Assembly: GCA_028821115.1 (NCBI GenBank) | Contig: JAPPHF010000078.1 | Span: 1,054-65,053 of the forward strand | From: Deltaproteobacteria bacterium | GTDB lineage: Bacteria; Desulfobacterota; Binatia; UBA9968; JAJDTQ01 | Length of the DNA stretch: 64,000 bases | Reading direction: 5' to 3' | Shown here: positions 28,928 through 38,061 of the stretch, one piece after another | Numbering within the stretch: position 1 is the stretch's first letter | Layout: every line of letters starts with the position of its first letter | The notes under the pieces: model-generated | What the model saw: the letters and a program-made list of their open reading frames with translations, nothing else | Database searches by the model: none | Told to the model about the DNA's origin: nothing | Program-made: the position numbers and the translations under genes

Positions 28928-30607
28928 ATGGCAAAGAGGAACCCGAGGATCGCGAGCGCGGCGCGGAAGATACCGGAACGGGCCTATCCGGACCTTCACG
29001 AACACCTTCGCCGCCTGGATGACGCCGGCCTGCTGATCCGCGTGGACCGGCCCGTCGACAAGGACCAGGACATGCATCCGCTGGTGCGCTGGCAGTTCCG
29101 GGGAGGCATCAAGGAACGGGACCGCAAGGCGTTCCTGTTCGAGCAGCCGGTGGACGCCAAGGGGAAGCGCTACGACATCCCTGTGGCCATCGGCGTGCTG
29201 GCGGCCAACCGGCGCATCTACCGCATCGGCCTGGGGTGCGACGAGGACACGGACATCAACGCCCTGTGGGCCGACGCCAAGACCAATCCCGTGGAACCGG
29301 TGGAGATCCCGTCGGCGCACGCGCCGGTGCACGAGGTGGTTTTTTCCGGTGCGCAGATCAAGAACCGGGGGCGGGGCATGGACGGCATCCCGGTGCCCAT
29401 CTCCACGCCCGGTTGGGACAACGCGCCGTACGTGAGCGCGGCCCATTTCGTATCGCGCGACCCGGACAGCGGCGTGCACAACATCGGCACCTACCGGGCC
29501 ATGATCAAGGCCCGGGACCGGGTCGGATGCAATCCGTCCATTGAGCTGGGGCAGGGGATCTACCGGCATTGGCTCAAGTACCGGGAACGGGGCGAGAAGA
29601 TGCCGGTGGCGCTGTGCATCGGCGGCGTCCCTGCCATCTCCTACGTGGCGGCGCAGAAGCTCGCCTACGATCTCGACGAGTTCTCGGTGGCGGGGGGGCT
29701 CGTGAAGGCGCCGATCCGGACAACTCAGGCCCGTACGGTGCCGGTCATGGTGCCGGCGGACGCGGAGATCATCGTCGAGGGCTTCGTCTCCACCGAGTGG
29801 CTGGAGCCCGAGGCGCCCTTCGGCGAGTCCCACGGCCACGTGAACCCCAAGGAGTACAACCCGTTCATGGAGGTCACCTGCATCACCCGCCGCCGCGACG
29901 CCGTCCTGTGCTCCATCATCAGCCAGGTGACGCCGTCGGAGTCCAGCGTCATCAAGAAGATGGCCTACGAGCCGATCTACCTGGAGCACCTGCGCGACGG
30001 CATCGGGGTCAAGAGCGTCGTGCGGGTGATGCTCCACGAGCCCCTGACCGCCACCCAGAAGCTCACCGTGATCCAGATGCGCAAACCCAGCCCGGCGGAG
30101 GTGTGGCGCGCGCTCATGGGGGCGGTGGCCTTCCGTCCCTCCATGTCCAAGATCGTCATCGCCGTGGACGAGGACATCGACCCCGACAACCTCGACGCCG
30201 TGTTCTGGGCCATGGGCTACCGATCCAAGCCGCACCGCGACGTGCAGATCATGCACGGCATGGACGTCGGCCACGCCCCGCGCCATGATGCCCGCGGCTC
30301 CGCCGAAGACTCGTGCCTGCTCTGGGACGCCACCCTCAAGGACAAACTGCCGCCCATCTCCCTGCCCACCCGGGAGTACATGGAGCGGGGCCGGAAGCTC
30401 TGGGAAGAGCTGGGGTTGCCGGAGCTGGAGCCCCAGTCACCCTGGTTCGGCTATTCGCTGGGAGACTGGAACGCGGAGCTGGAGCAGGAGGCCGCCCTGG
30501 CCACGCGCGGTGAGTTCTGGAAGACCGGCACCAAGATCGCGCGCCAGCGCCGCCGCACCAGCGAGATCCTGCCCAACACCTCCTTCTACGGCGAGGACGA
30601 GGACTGA
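28928..30607 (+). CDS. UbiD-family (prFMN-dependent) decarboxylase
   Basis: 559 aa; UbiD-type core including PFGESHGH; start at ATG 28928, not the 28799 extension. Confidence 0.88.
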   Translation: MAKRNPRIASAARKIPERAYPDLHEHLRRLDDAGLLIRVDRPVDKDQDMHPLVRWQFRGGIKERDRKAFLFEQPVDAKGKRYDIPVAIGVLAANRRIYRIGLGCDEDTDINALWADAKTNPVEPVEIPSAHAPVHEVVFSGAQIKNRGRGMDGIPVPISTPGWDNAPYVSAAHFVSRDPDSGVHNIGTYRAMIKARDRVGCNPSIELGQGIYRHWLKYRERGEKMPVALCIGGVPAISYVAAQKLAYDLDEFSVAGGLVKAPIRTTQARTVPVMVPADAEIIVEGFVSTEWLEPEAPFGESHGHVNPKEYNPFMEVTCITRRRDAVLCSIISQVTPSESSVIKKMAYEPIYLEHLRDGIGVKSVVRVMLHEPLTATQKLTVIQMRKPSPAEVWRALMGAVAFRPSMSKIVIAVDEDIDPDNLDAVFWAMGYRSKPHRDVQIMHGMDVGHAPRHDARGSAEDSCLLWDATLKDKLPPISLPTREYMERGRKLWEELGLPELEPQSPWFGYSLGDWNAELEQEAALATRGEFWKTGTKIARQRRRTSEILPNTSFYGEDED

Positions 30608-30619
30608 CCGGGAGGTCCC

Positions 30620-31543
30620 ATGGACTACAAGACGCTCAAGTGGGTCGTGCGCGACAACCCGCTGCGGCCGGGAGAACCCTGCATCGGCGTCCTCACACTG
30701 AGCCGTCCGGACCAGCTCAACGCGGTGGACCCGCTGATGCGGCTGGAGCTCGACGCCCTGTGCAACGAGATCGCCCGCAACTCCGTCCTCAAGGTGGTGA
30801 TCCTCACGGGCGAGGGGCGCGGCTTCTGCGCCGGCGGCGACCTCACCTCGGAAGGCGCCGTGCTGGGGGCGTTCGAGGGTTCCAGCGGCATCGAGGGTCC
30901 GTACAAGGAGCTGGCGGAGTATTTCCTGAACGACCTCCGGCACCGGGTGCTGCAGAGCGCCATGCGCAAGCTCGAGGACCTGCCGCAGCCGACCATCGCC
31001 GCGGTGAACGGTCCCGCCGTGGGGGTGGGACTGGAGATGACCACGCTGTGCGACATGCGCATCGCCTCGGACCGGGCACGTTTCGGCGAGGTAGCGGTGC
31101 CCGCGGGTTTCGTTCCCGAAAGCGGCGGCTCCCGCAACCTCCCCAAGCTCGTGGGAATCGGCCGGGCCATGCGCCTGATCCTCACCGGCGACATCATCGA
31201 CGCCGAGGAGGCGTTGCGCATCGGGCTGGTGGACGAGGTGGTGCCGCACGAGAAGCTGATGGAGGAGGCCTTCGCCCTGGCCGGCAGGATCGCCGCCAAC
31301 CCCTACCTGTCGGTGCGCCACGCCAAGCGGCTGGTCAAGATGTACTGGAACTGGAACCGCACCGACGAAGGCTATCGCGAGGAGCTCGAGTCGGTGCTCG
31401 AGATCACCCGCACCAAGGACTGCCAGGAAGGCATGCGGGCGTTCAAGGAAAAGCGCCCTCCCCGCTACACCTATCCCTACGATGCCGGCTGGCCGTTCCC
31501 GGACAAGGGCGGAGACAAGAAGGAAGGCGGGGAGCAGGGGTGA
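30620..31543 (+). CDS. enoyl-CoA hydratase/isomerase (crotonase) family protein
   Basis: LSRPDQLNAVD, FCAGGDL oxyanion-hole region, AAVNGPAVGVGLEM. Confidence 0.88.
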   Translation: MDYKTLKWVVRDNPLRPGEPCIGVLTLSRPDQLNAVDPLMRLELDALCNEIARNSVLKVVILTGEGRGFCAGGDLTSEGAVLGAFEGSSGIEGPYKELAEYFLNDLRHRVLQSAMRKLEDLPQPTIAAVNGPAVGVGLEMTTLCDMRIASDRARFGEVAVPAGFVPESGGSRNLPKLVGIGRAMRLILTGDIIDAEEALRIGLVDEVVPHEKLMEEAFALAGRIAANPYLSVRHAKRLVKMYWNWNRTDEGYREELESVLEITRTKDCQEGMRAFKEKRPPRYTYPYDAGWPFPDKGGDKKEGGEQG

Positions 31544-31564
31544 GGCCCGCCGGATAGTCACGAT

Positions 31565-33154
31565 ATGACCACGCCGGAACCTTCGACGCCGTGGCGCGGC
31601 TATCGGGAGATCCCTCCGCGGCTCAACATCGCGGACGAAGCGCTGGAGCGTCCGGTGGCGGCGGGCCGCGGCGATCGGGCCGCGATGGTGTGGCGCGGCG
31701 GTTCCGTCAGCTACCGGGAGCTTCGCGGCCGGGTGCACGGCTTCGCCCGGGGTCTGGGGGAGTTGGGGGTTTCACCGGGCGACCGGGTGCTGGTCCAGAT
31801 GCCCAACTCGGTGGAGTTCGCCACCGCCTTCCTGGCCGCCGTGAAGCTCGGCGCGCTGCCGGTGGTAGTCAACTCGTTGCTGGGGGTGCGGGAAGTCCGG
31901 GCCATCCTCGAACAGACGGCGCCGAAGCTGGCCGTGACCGAGAGCAGCCGCGCGCAGGCCGTGCGCGATATGCGTGAGGCCATGGGTCTCCGGTCCATGG
32001 TATGCGCGGGAGAGGCGGGGGTCGGTGAAGTGCCCTTCGAGTCCCTCGTCCACGAGTCCCCGGAAGAGGTCGCCACGCGGGACACGTCGGCCCACGAGCC
32101 GGCCTTCATGGTGTGCACCTCCGGCACAACTGGCCGGCCCAAGTGCATCGTCCACGCCCATCGCTGGATCGTCGCGCTGGGGGACCTGAACCGCTACCGG
32201 CTGCCGCCCGAGCTCGGCGACGTGGTGATGGCTACCGGCGAGTGGAGCTTCATCAGCGCCCTGGGCCACAACCTGCTGTTCGCGCTCCGGAACGGGGTCG
32301 CCTGCGCGGTGCTGGCCGGACGCGCCACGCCCGAGAACGTGCTGGAGCACGTGCAGGAACTGGGCGTTACGCTGCTCCATTCCGTGGCTACGGTCTACCG
32401 CCGTATGCTGGCCGCCGAAGGCATGGCGGACGCCTACGACATCCACACGCTACGAGGCGCCCACTCCACCGGCGAGGCGCTCCGGGAAGCCACCTACCGT
32501 GAGTGGAAGACGCGCTTCGGCTGCGAGATGTACGAGCATTACGGCGTGTCCGAGTACCAGCTCGTGGTGGGACAGGGGACGTGGCACCCGGTGAAGCCGG
32601 GGTCGGTGGGCGTGCCCGCCCCGGGGGTGGGCATAGACATCGTCGACGACGACGGCCGTACGGTGGCGGACGGCGCCGTGGGGCGTACGGTGATCTCCAC
32701 CAAAGACCCAGGGCTCTTCCTGGAGTACTACGGCGACCCCGAGCGGACCGAGGCGGTCCGCCGCAACGGCGTGTACGACACCGGCGACCTGGCGTACCGG
32801 GACGAGGAAGGATACTTCTTCATCGCCGGCCGCAGCGACGACTGCTTCAAGACCCGTGGTTTGTTCCTGGTGCCCACGGAAGTGGAGAACGCGCTTCAGC
32901 GCCACCCCGCGGTGGCCGAGGCGGTGGTGGTGCCCGAGCCCGATCCGGAGATCGGCAACCGGGTGCTCGGGGTCGTGGTGCCGGCGGAGGGTTGCGATCC
33001 CTCGGCCGGCCTGGCCGAATCGCTGCGTCAGAGTCTCAGGGAAGAACTGGCGCACTTCAAGATTCCATATCGCATCGAGTTCGCCGAGGCCCTCCCCAAG
33101 AGCCCGGTGGGGAAAATCCTGCGCAACGAGGTGACCGCGGGAAGGTTCCATTGA
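31565..33154 (+). CDS. AMP-dependent acyl-CoA synthetase/ligase (aromatic acid-CoA ligase-like)
   Basis: TSGTTGRPKC AMP-binding motif, YGVSE, TGDLAYRDEEGYFFIAGRSDD, C-terminal PKSPVGKILR. Confidence 0.88.
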   Translation: MTTPEPSTPWRGYREIPPRLNIADEALERPVAAGRGDRAAMVWRGGSVSYRELRGRVHGFARGLGELGVSPGDRVLVQMPNSVEFATAFLAAVKLGALPVVVNSLLGVREVRAILEQTAPKLAVTESSRAQAVRDMREAMGLRSMVCAGEAGVGEVPFESLVHESPEEVATRDTSAHEPAFMVCTSGTTGRPKCIVHAHRWIVALGDLNRYRLPPELGDVVMATGEWSFISALGHNLLFALRNGVACAVLAGRATPENVLEHVQELGVTLLHSVATVYRRMLAAEGMADAYDIHTLRGAHSTGEALREATYREWKTRFGCEMYEHYGVSEYQLVVGQGTWHPVKPGSVGVPAPGVGIDIVDDDGRTVADGAVGRTVISTKDPGLFLEYYGDPERTEAVRRNGVYDTGDLAYRDEEGYFFIAGRSDDCFKTRGLFLVPTEVENALQRHPAVAEAVVVPEPDPEIGNRVLGVVVPAEGCDPSAGLAESLRQSLREELAHFKIPYRIEFAEALPKSPVGKILRNEVTAGRFH

Positions 33155-33171
33155 CACATGGAGGAGGAGTC

Positions 33172-34236
33172 ATGTTTCGCATCGTCCTTTCAACCATCAT
33201 GCTGGCGGCCTGTCTGAACGTTGGCTTGCCGGTCCTGTCCTCCACGGACGAGGCCGTCGCCGCGGATTTCAAGGGTCAGACCATCACCATGATCCTGGGC
33301 ACCCGGCCGGGCGGGCGGCGGGACCGCATCGCGCGCACCATCGCGAAACACTTGGCGGCCAACCTCTCGGGGAATCCGACGATCCTGGTGCAGAACATCC
33401 CCGGCGGCAAGGGGATTCCGGCCCAACTCAAGTTCTCCAAGTCGAGGCCCGACGGCAGCGTGATCGGCATCGTGGTGTCTTCAGACATGGAAGCGCCTTA
33501 CTTCGGCGCTCCCGGCGCCACCTACAAGCCGCGTGAGTACAAATGGGTCGGCTCCGTCAGGACCGGCAAACAGCGCAACGTGCTCTTCACCACGAAGAAG
33601 TCCGGCTTCAAGACCATCGACGACCTGCGCAGCCGCGAGGTCGCGCTGGGCGGGCAGGGCGTTGGGCATCGCAGCTATCTCTACGGGCGGCTCATGGCAG
33701 AGGTGCTCGGTCTCAAGGTGCGGTGGGTTCTCGGCTACTCCACGCCGGAAATGTACCTGGCCATGGAAAAGGGCGAGATCGACGGCCGCGTGAACGATTC
33801 GGCGTCGTTCAAGCGGGACCGGCCGGACTGGGTCGAGAAGCAGGAAGTGGTCGCTCACGTGGCCATGACCCTGCCCGAAAACCTTCCGCCGATCCCCGGG
33901 CCGCTATTTGCCAAGACGCCGGCGCTGATCACGTTCACGGACAAGGAGATCCACAAGAATCTCATCAGGAAGATGAACGCGACAAGCCGTCTCGGCGGCA
34001 GCGTGGCGCTCCCGCCGGGAACGCCGGAGCCCATCCGGGCGGCCTACGAAAAGGCCCTGGTCACGGCGGGCAAGGACCCCAAGTTCAAGAAGGACTGGGA
34101 GAAGTTCGTCGGTATCCGGCCCTATGCCGGCGTGGCCGACAGCGCCGAGGTGTGGGAGGCGGTGAAGATCTATACCGACTGGAAGCCCGCGATCATGAAG
34201 GAGTTCAGGCGCCTCGGGCACCAGCCGCCGAAATAG
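33172..34236 (+). CDS. TTT-family (Bug/TctC-like) periplasmic substrate-binding protein
   Basis: Signal peptide, then the FKGQTITMILGTRPGGRRD pattern shared with the three other TctC-like ORFs in the window; internal ATG with GAGGAGGAG SD. Confidence 0.85.
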   Translation: MFRIVLSTIMLAACLNVGLPVLSSTDEAVAADFKGQTITMILGTRPGGRRDRIARTIAKHLAANLSGNPTILVQNIPGGKGIPAQLKFSKSRPDGSVIGIVVSSDMEAPYFGAPGATYKPREYKWVGSVRTGKQRNVLFTTKKSGFKTIDDLRSREVALGGQGVGHRSYLYGRLMAEVLGLKVRWVLGYSTPEMYLAMEKGEIDGRVNDSASFKRDRPDWVEKQEVVAHVAMTLPENLPPIPGPLFAKTPALITFTDKEIHKNLIRKMNATSRLGGSVALPPGTPEPIRAAYEKALVTAGKDPKFKKDWEKFVGIRPYAGVADSAEVWEAVKIYTDWKPAIMKEFRRLGHQPPK

Positions 34237-34250
34237 ACGATAGTACGGCC

Positions 34251-34264
34251 GGGGGGGGGGGGGG
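34251..34264. repeat. G14 homopolymer tract in the tctC-tctA intergenic region
   Basis: Fourteen consecutive G read directly, followed by AACCCGCCCCC. Confidence 0.95.
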
Positions 34265-34345
34265 AACCCGCCCCCGCACCCGTGCCTGCCCCGTCGCGGC
34301 CACCGCGCGCGTCTCCGCACGCGTGGTTCGGACCGACAGGTCTCC

Positions 34346-36334
34346 ATGTTCGAAGCCGCCCTTCAGGGTCTCCAAAACCTCCTTTCGCTGACTGTTCTGA
34401 TCGGGATGCTCGCCGGCATCGGCGTCGGCACCTTCACGGCCATTACTCCGCAGGGCCTGGGCACCCCGTTGATGTACGCCCTGTTCCTGTCGGTGGTGAC
34501 CCAGTGGGACCCGCTGGTGGCCATCGCCTTCCTTATCGGCATGGACGCGGTCAGCAGCACCTGCAGCGCCTACCTGCCGGTGCTCTTCGGCATTCCGGGC
34601 GGCGCCGGCTCCCAAGCCACGGTGATGGACGGCTATCCCATGGGCCGCGGCGGCCAGGCCCGGCGCGCCCTGGGGGCGGCGTTCACCGCCGGCATCCTCG
34701 GGAGCCTGGTGGGTACCGCGACGCTGGCGGCCGCCATCCCGGTGGCCCAGGCACTCATTCTCTTTCTCGGCTCCCCCGAGCTCTTCGTCGTGGCCCTGTG
34801 GGGTGTCAGCATGGTCTCGGTGCTGGCTGGCCCGCGACCCTTGAAGGGGCTCATGGCCGGCGCCGCCGGGCTGGTCATCTCCGTGGTGGGGATCCAGCCC
34901 CAGTCGGGGGTCATGCGCTTCGTGTTCGATCAGCCCTACCTGCTGGAGGGGGTGCCCCTGGCCGTGGCCACGCTGGCGCTTTTCGGGGTGCCGTCGGCGT
35001 TGGAGATGGCGCTCGCCAAGGTGGGTGTGGAGAGGGAGCCGGCGCCTCTGGCGGGACGGCTTCTGGACGGGATCAGGGACGCCTTCCACAATGTCTGGCT
35101 GGTGGTCCGGTGCAGTTTCCTCGGCGTCTGGGTCGGCATCGTCCCGGGCCTGGGAGCGCAGGTGGTGGACTGGCTCAGCTACGGTCACGCCGCGCAGACC
35201 TGCAAGGGCGCCAAGGAGACCTTCGGCAAGGGCGACGTGCGCGGGGTCATCGCGCCGGAGGCCTCCAACGACGCCAAGGACGGCGGCACCCTGATCCCGA
35301 CGCTCACCCTGGGGGTGCCCGGCAGCCTGGTGTCGGCCCTCTTCCTGTTCGCCCTCACCACCATGGGGTTCGCCCCCGGGCCGTTCATGCTCGAGCGGAA
35401 CGCCGACGTGGTCTACAGCATCATCTGGGTCCTGGGCATCGCCAGCGTCATCGGCGGCAGCCTGGGGCTCGTCTTCTCGAACCAACTCGCCAGGCTCGCG
35501 GAGCTGCGCTATTCGATCATCGTGCCGGCGATCCTGGGGTTCGTGCTCATCGGCGCCCTCAACGCAAACCAGAGCCCCCTGGACCTGGTGACGGTGGTGT
35601 CGTTCGGTTTCGTCGGCTACTTCATGAAGCGCTTCGGCTATCCCCGGCCGCCCCTCATCTTGGGCATGATTCTCGGCATCATCATGGAGAAGTACCTCTA
35701 CATCTCCACCGCGCGCTACGGCTTCGACTGGCTGGGGCGGCCCTCGGTCCTGGTGCTACTCATTCTCGTTGCCGGCACCCTCGGCTATACCCTCTGGAGC
35801 CGGAGGGAGCGGTTGGCGCCGGGCGACGAACCGGCAGGGGAGAGCGCGCCGGCGAGCTTTCGAGTGAACTGGGAGACCCTGCTGGTCCTGGGCTTTCTCG
35901 CGTTCTTCCTCCTCGCCATCCGGATCGGCTTCGAGTGGCCCTTCATCGCCAAGCTCATGCCGGTCTACATCGCGGCGGTCCCCGGCGCGGCGCTGGCCCT
36001 GTGGCAACTCTTCAGGGTGACCACGGGCAGGGAGCCCGCGGCGGTGGGCGGGGTCGAGATGGACGAGAGCTTCAGCGGGGACCTCGACGCGGCATCGGAA
36101 CGCCGGCGCACGGTGGCGTTCTTCGCATGGTTCGTGGGCGCGGCGCTGGCCGTGTGGCTGCTCGGAATCACCCTGGCCGTCCCGCTATTCGTGTTCCTCT
36201 ACTGCTTGGTCGAGGGCAGGGAGCGGCTGTGGGTCGCCGTGCTGATGGCCGCCATCGCCTTCCTCCTGGTCTGGGGTCTCTTCGAGGGCGTTTTCAAGGT
36301 GCTTTGGGCCGAAGGGGTGCTGTTCGGGGGCTAG
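34346..36334 (+). CDS. TTT large permease TctA fused to a C-terminal TctB-like small-subunit domain
   Basis: 662 aa; first ~500 aa colinear with the 489-aa TctA at 38062; last ~160 aa resembles TctB at 39542 (VPLFVFLYCLVEG vs LVLFVFLYMRTYG). Confidence 0.85.
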   Translation: MFEAALQGLQNLLSLTVLIGMLAGIGVGTFTAITPQGLGTPLMYALFLSVVTQWDPLVAIAFLIGMDAVSSTCSAYLPVLFGIPGGAGSQATVMDGYPMGRGGQARRALGAAFTAGILGSLVGTATLAAAIPVAQALILFLGSPELFVVALWGVSMVSVLAGPRPLKGLMAGAAGLVISVVGIQPQSGVMRFVFDQPYLLEGVPLAVATLALFGVPSALEMALAKVGVEREPAPLAGRLLDGIRDAFHNVWLVVRCSFLGVWVGIVPGLGAQVVDWLSYGHAAQTCKGAKETFGKGDVRGVIAPEASNDAKDGGTLIPTLTLGVPGSLVSALFLFALTTMGFAPGPFMLERNADVVYSIIWVLGIASVIGGSLGLVFSNQLARLAELRYSIIVPAILGFVLIGALNANQSPLDLVTVVSFGFVGYFMKRFGYPRPPLILGMILGIIMEKYLYISTARYGFDWLGRPSVLVLLILVAGTLGYTLWSRRERLAPGDEPAGESAPASFRVNWETLLVLGFLAFFLLAIRIGFEWPFIAKLMPVYIAAVPGAALALWQLFRVTTGREPAAVGGVEMDESFSGDLDAASERRRTVAFFAWFVGAALAVWLLGITLAVPLFVFLYCLVEGRERLWVAVLMAAIAFLLVWGLFEGVFKVLWAEGVLFGG

Positions 36335-36340
36335 CGAGGT

Positions 36341-36532
36341 TCCCTTGAGGTTCTGTTGATATTCGGTATTCTGATCGGCCGTCAGGAAGACATCAAACCT
36401 CGCGGCGGCGACACGGAGCAGTTCACCGTTTTCCAAGCCGGACCAGCCGTTTTAGGTGACGGTTGAGGCTGAATGTTCCGGGATCTCGTTGATCAATCTT
36501 CTCGGTAGAGACTCATCAAGCAGGATGCGCAT
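36341..36532 (-). pseudogene. DUF5615/PIN-like toxin pseudogene (in-frame TAA, truncated 3' end)
   Basis: Reads MRILLDESLPRRLINEIPEHSASTVT*NGWSGLENGELLRVAAARFDVFLTADQNTEYQQNLKG. The ATG overlaps the end of the DUF433 gene. The stop is at 36452-36454. The frame then runs antisense into tctA. Confidence 0.55.
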
Positions 36533-36734
36533 TGGCGTCTAGCGCCGCCCGTGCAATCTCAAGGGCGGCAATTGCTTTCACGCGCTCCACGGCAGGGAAA
36601 TCGAGCACGAATTGTTCAAGTGTTTCGCCGGCTTCCAGATAGTCGAACAGGTTCTTCACGGGGACCCGTGTGCCTGTGAAAACCGGCGCACCGCCCTGAA
36701 TCTTGGGGTTCTTCTGTATGATCGGCTTTTCCAT
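36516..36734 (-). CDS. DUF433-domain antitoxin-like protein
   Basis: 72 aa; GGAPVFTGTRVPV...LEAGETLEQFVLDFP typical of DUF433. Confidence 0.8.
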   Translation of the reverse strand: MEKPIIQKNPKIQGGAPVFTGTRVPVKNLFDYLEAGETLEQFVLDFPAVERVKAIAALEIARAALDANAHPA

Positions 36735-36841
36735 CGCGCGTTCCTTAGATCTTTAGTGTAATTTATAACCGTTGCGGACGTCGTTCAAGCTCCAGAGACC
36801 CGCGTGCCGCTCATTGCTTCCCGCCCCATCGTAGGCGAGCC

Positions 36842-36870
36842 TTGACACCGATCAGTCTTCTTGGATATAG
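36842..36870 (+). promoter_or_regulatory. sigma70-like promoter TTGACA-N17-ATATAG upstream of the second TTT locus
   Basis: Consensus -35 hexamer in an AT-rich intergenic region about 45 nt before the RBS/ATG at 36913. Confidence 0.35.
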
Positions 36871-36912
36871 GACCGGTTCAATCGTAACACTTGAATAGTT
36901 AAGGAGGTTTTC

Positions 36913-37947
36913 ATGAAACTCGCGGTTCGGGCCATCGTATCAGGAGTGTTGCTGTGCACGCTCGTCGCGGTCGCGTCTCCGGCCGTCCAGGCCGTGGACT
37001 TTTCCGGCAAGACGTTTGTGGTGATGGTGGCATCGAGCCCGGGCGGCGGGACGGACACCACGGCGCGGCTGGTGGCGCGCTACTGGAGCAAGTACCTGCC
37101 CGGGAAGCCCGAGGTGGTGGTCCGCAACAGGCCGCTGCAGACGGCGGCGGCCAACTTCTTCCAGCGCAAGGCGCGCCCGGACGGTCTTACCACCGCCGTG
37201 TTCGCGGGCGGGGGGAGCCTGTCGCCGGTGGCGCGCAAGGCCTCGTCGGTGCGCTACGACCCCTTGAGCTGGGAGTACATCGGCTCCATCGAGCGCGGGC
37301 CCTCCGTGCAGTTCGTCCGCAAGAGCGCCCTGGCGCGGCTCAAGGACCCTGGCGCCAAGCCGGTGGCCGTGGGCTCCGCCGGACCGGGCTACCGGCCGTC
37401 GGACGCCATGGCGGTGTATGGAGCGGAGTACGGCGGCTGGAACATCAAGATCGTGCACGGCTACCCGAGCTCGCGGGACGTCTATCTCGCCTACGAGCGG
37501 GGCGAGGTGGACATGTTCGGCTCGGGCACGTCGAGGATCATCCGGCGTTTCCTGAAGGGCGACGCGGCGGCGCTGGCGGTGCACGAGAAGCGAGCGGACT
37601 TTCCCGAAGTACCGACCCTCCAGGAGCTTCTCGGCGACAAGTTGCCCAAGGGCATGGCGCGCAAGGCTTACCGGATCTGGTCCGGCCCGAGCTCGGTGGA
37701 CAAGTACTTCGTGCTCCCGGCCAAGACTCCGGCGGCGGTGGTGAACGCGTTGCGAACTTCTTTCGACAAGGTGCTGGCAGACCCCGGCTTTCAGAAGGAC
37801 GCCAGGAAGATCCTCGGCAAGGGATACCGGCCGCTGACGGGTCCCGAGACCAAGCAGTTGGTGAAGGACTCGCTGGTCATTCCCGCCGAGGTCGCGAGCT
37901 TCAACGACAAGCTGCGCACGAAGCACGGCCTGCCGATCCAGAAATAG
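36913..37947 (+). CDS. TTT-family (Bug/TctC-like) periplasmic substrate-binding protein
   Basis: Signal peptide, FSGKTFVVMVASSPGGGTDTTAR; AAGGAGG SD. Confidence 0.85.
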   Translation: MKLAVRAIVSGVLLCTLVAVASPAVQAVDFSGKTFVVMVASSPGGGTDTTARLVARYWSKYLPGKPEVVVRNRPLQTAAANFFQRKARPDGLTTAVFAGGGSLSPVARKASSVRYDPLSWEYIGSIERGPSVQFVRKSALARLKDPGAKPVAVGSAGPGYRPSDAMAVYGAEYGGWNIKIVHGYPSSRDVYLAYERGEVDMFGSGTSRIIRRFLKGDAAALAVHEKRADFPEVPTLQELLGDKLPKGMARKAYRIWSGPSSVDKYFVLPAKTPAAVVNALRTSFDKVLADPGFQKDARKILGKGYRPLTGPETKQLVKDSLVIPAEVASFNDKLRTKHGLPIQK

Positions 37948-38061
37948 CGGCCGCGACATTCGAGATCCTCCGCCTGCGCGCTCCGGTTCCGGGCGCGCGC
38001 AGGCGGGCCCCCGTGTCGAAGCTCTCCCGGTTCGTCCCGCGGACGAGGGCCCATCGAAACC

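Noticed and set aside
28518-28934. Two mirrored ORFs (91 aa plus strand, 101 aa minus strand) both encoding ...RINQTGH
   Set aside because: They are produced by the palindromic symmetry of the MITE-like element, with no RBS and no family resemblance.
36452-36454. In-frame TAA in the DUF5615-like frame as programmed readthrough or recoding
   Set aside because: The frame also loses its normal C-terminus by running antisense into tctA-B, so simple pseudogenisation is the more economical explanation.
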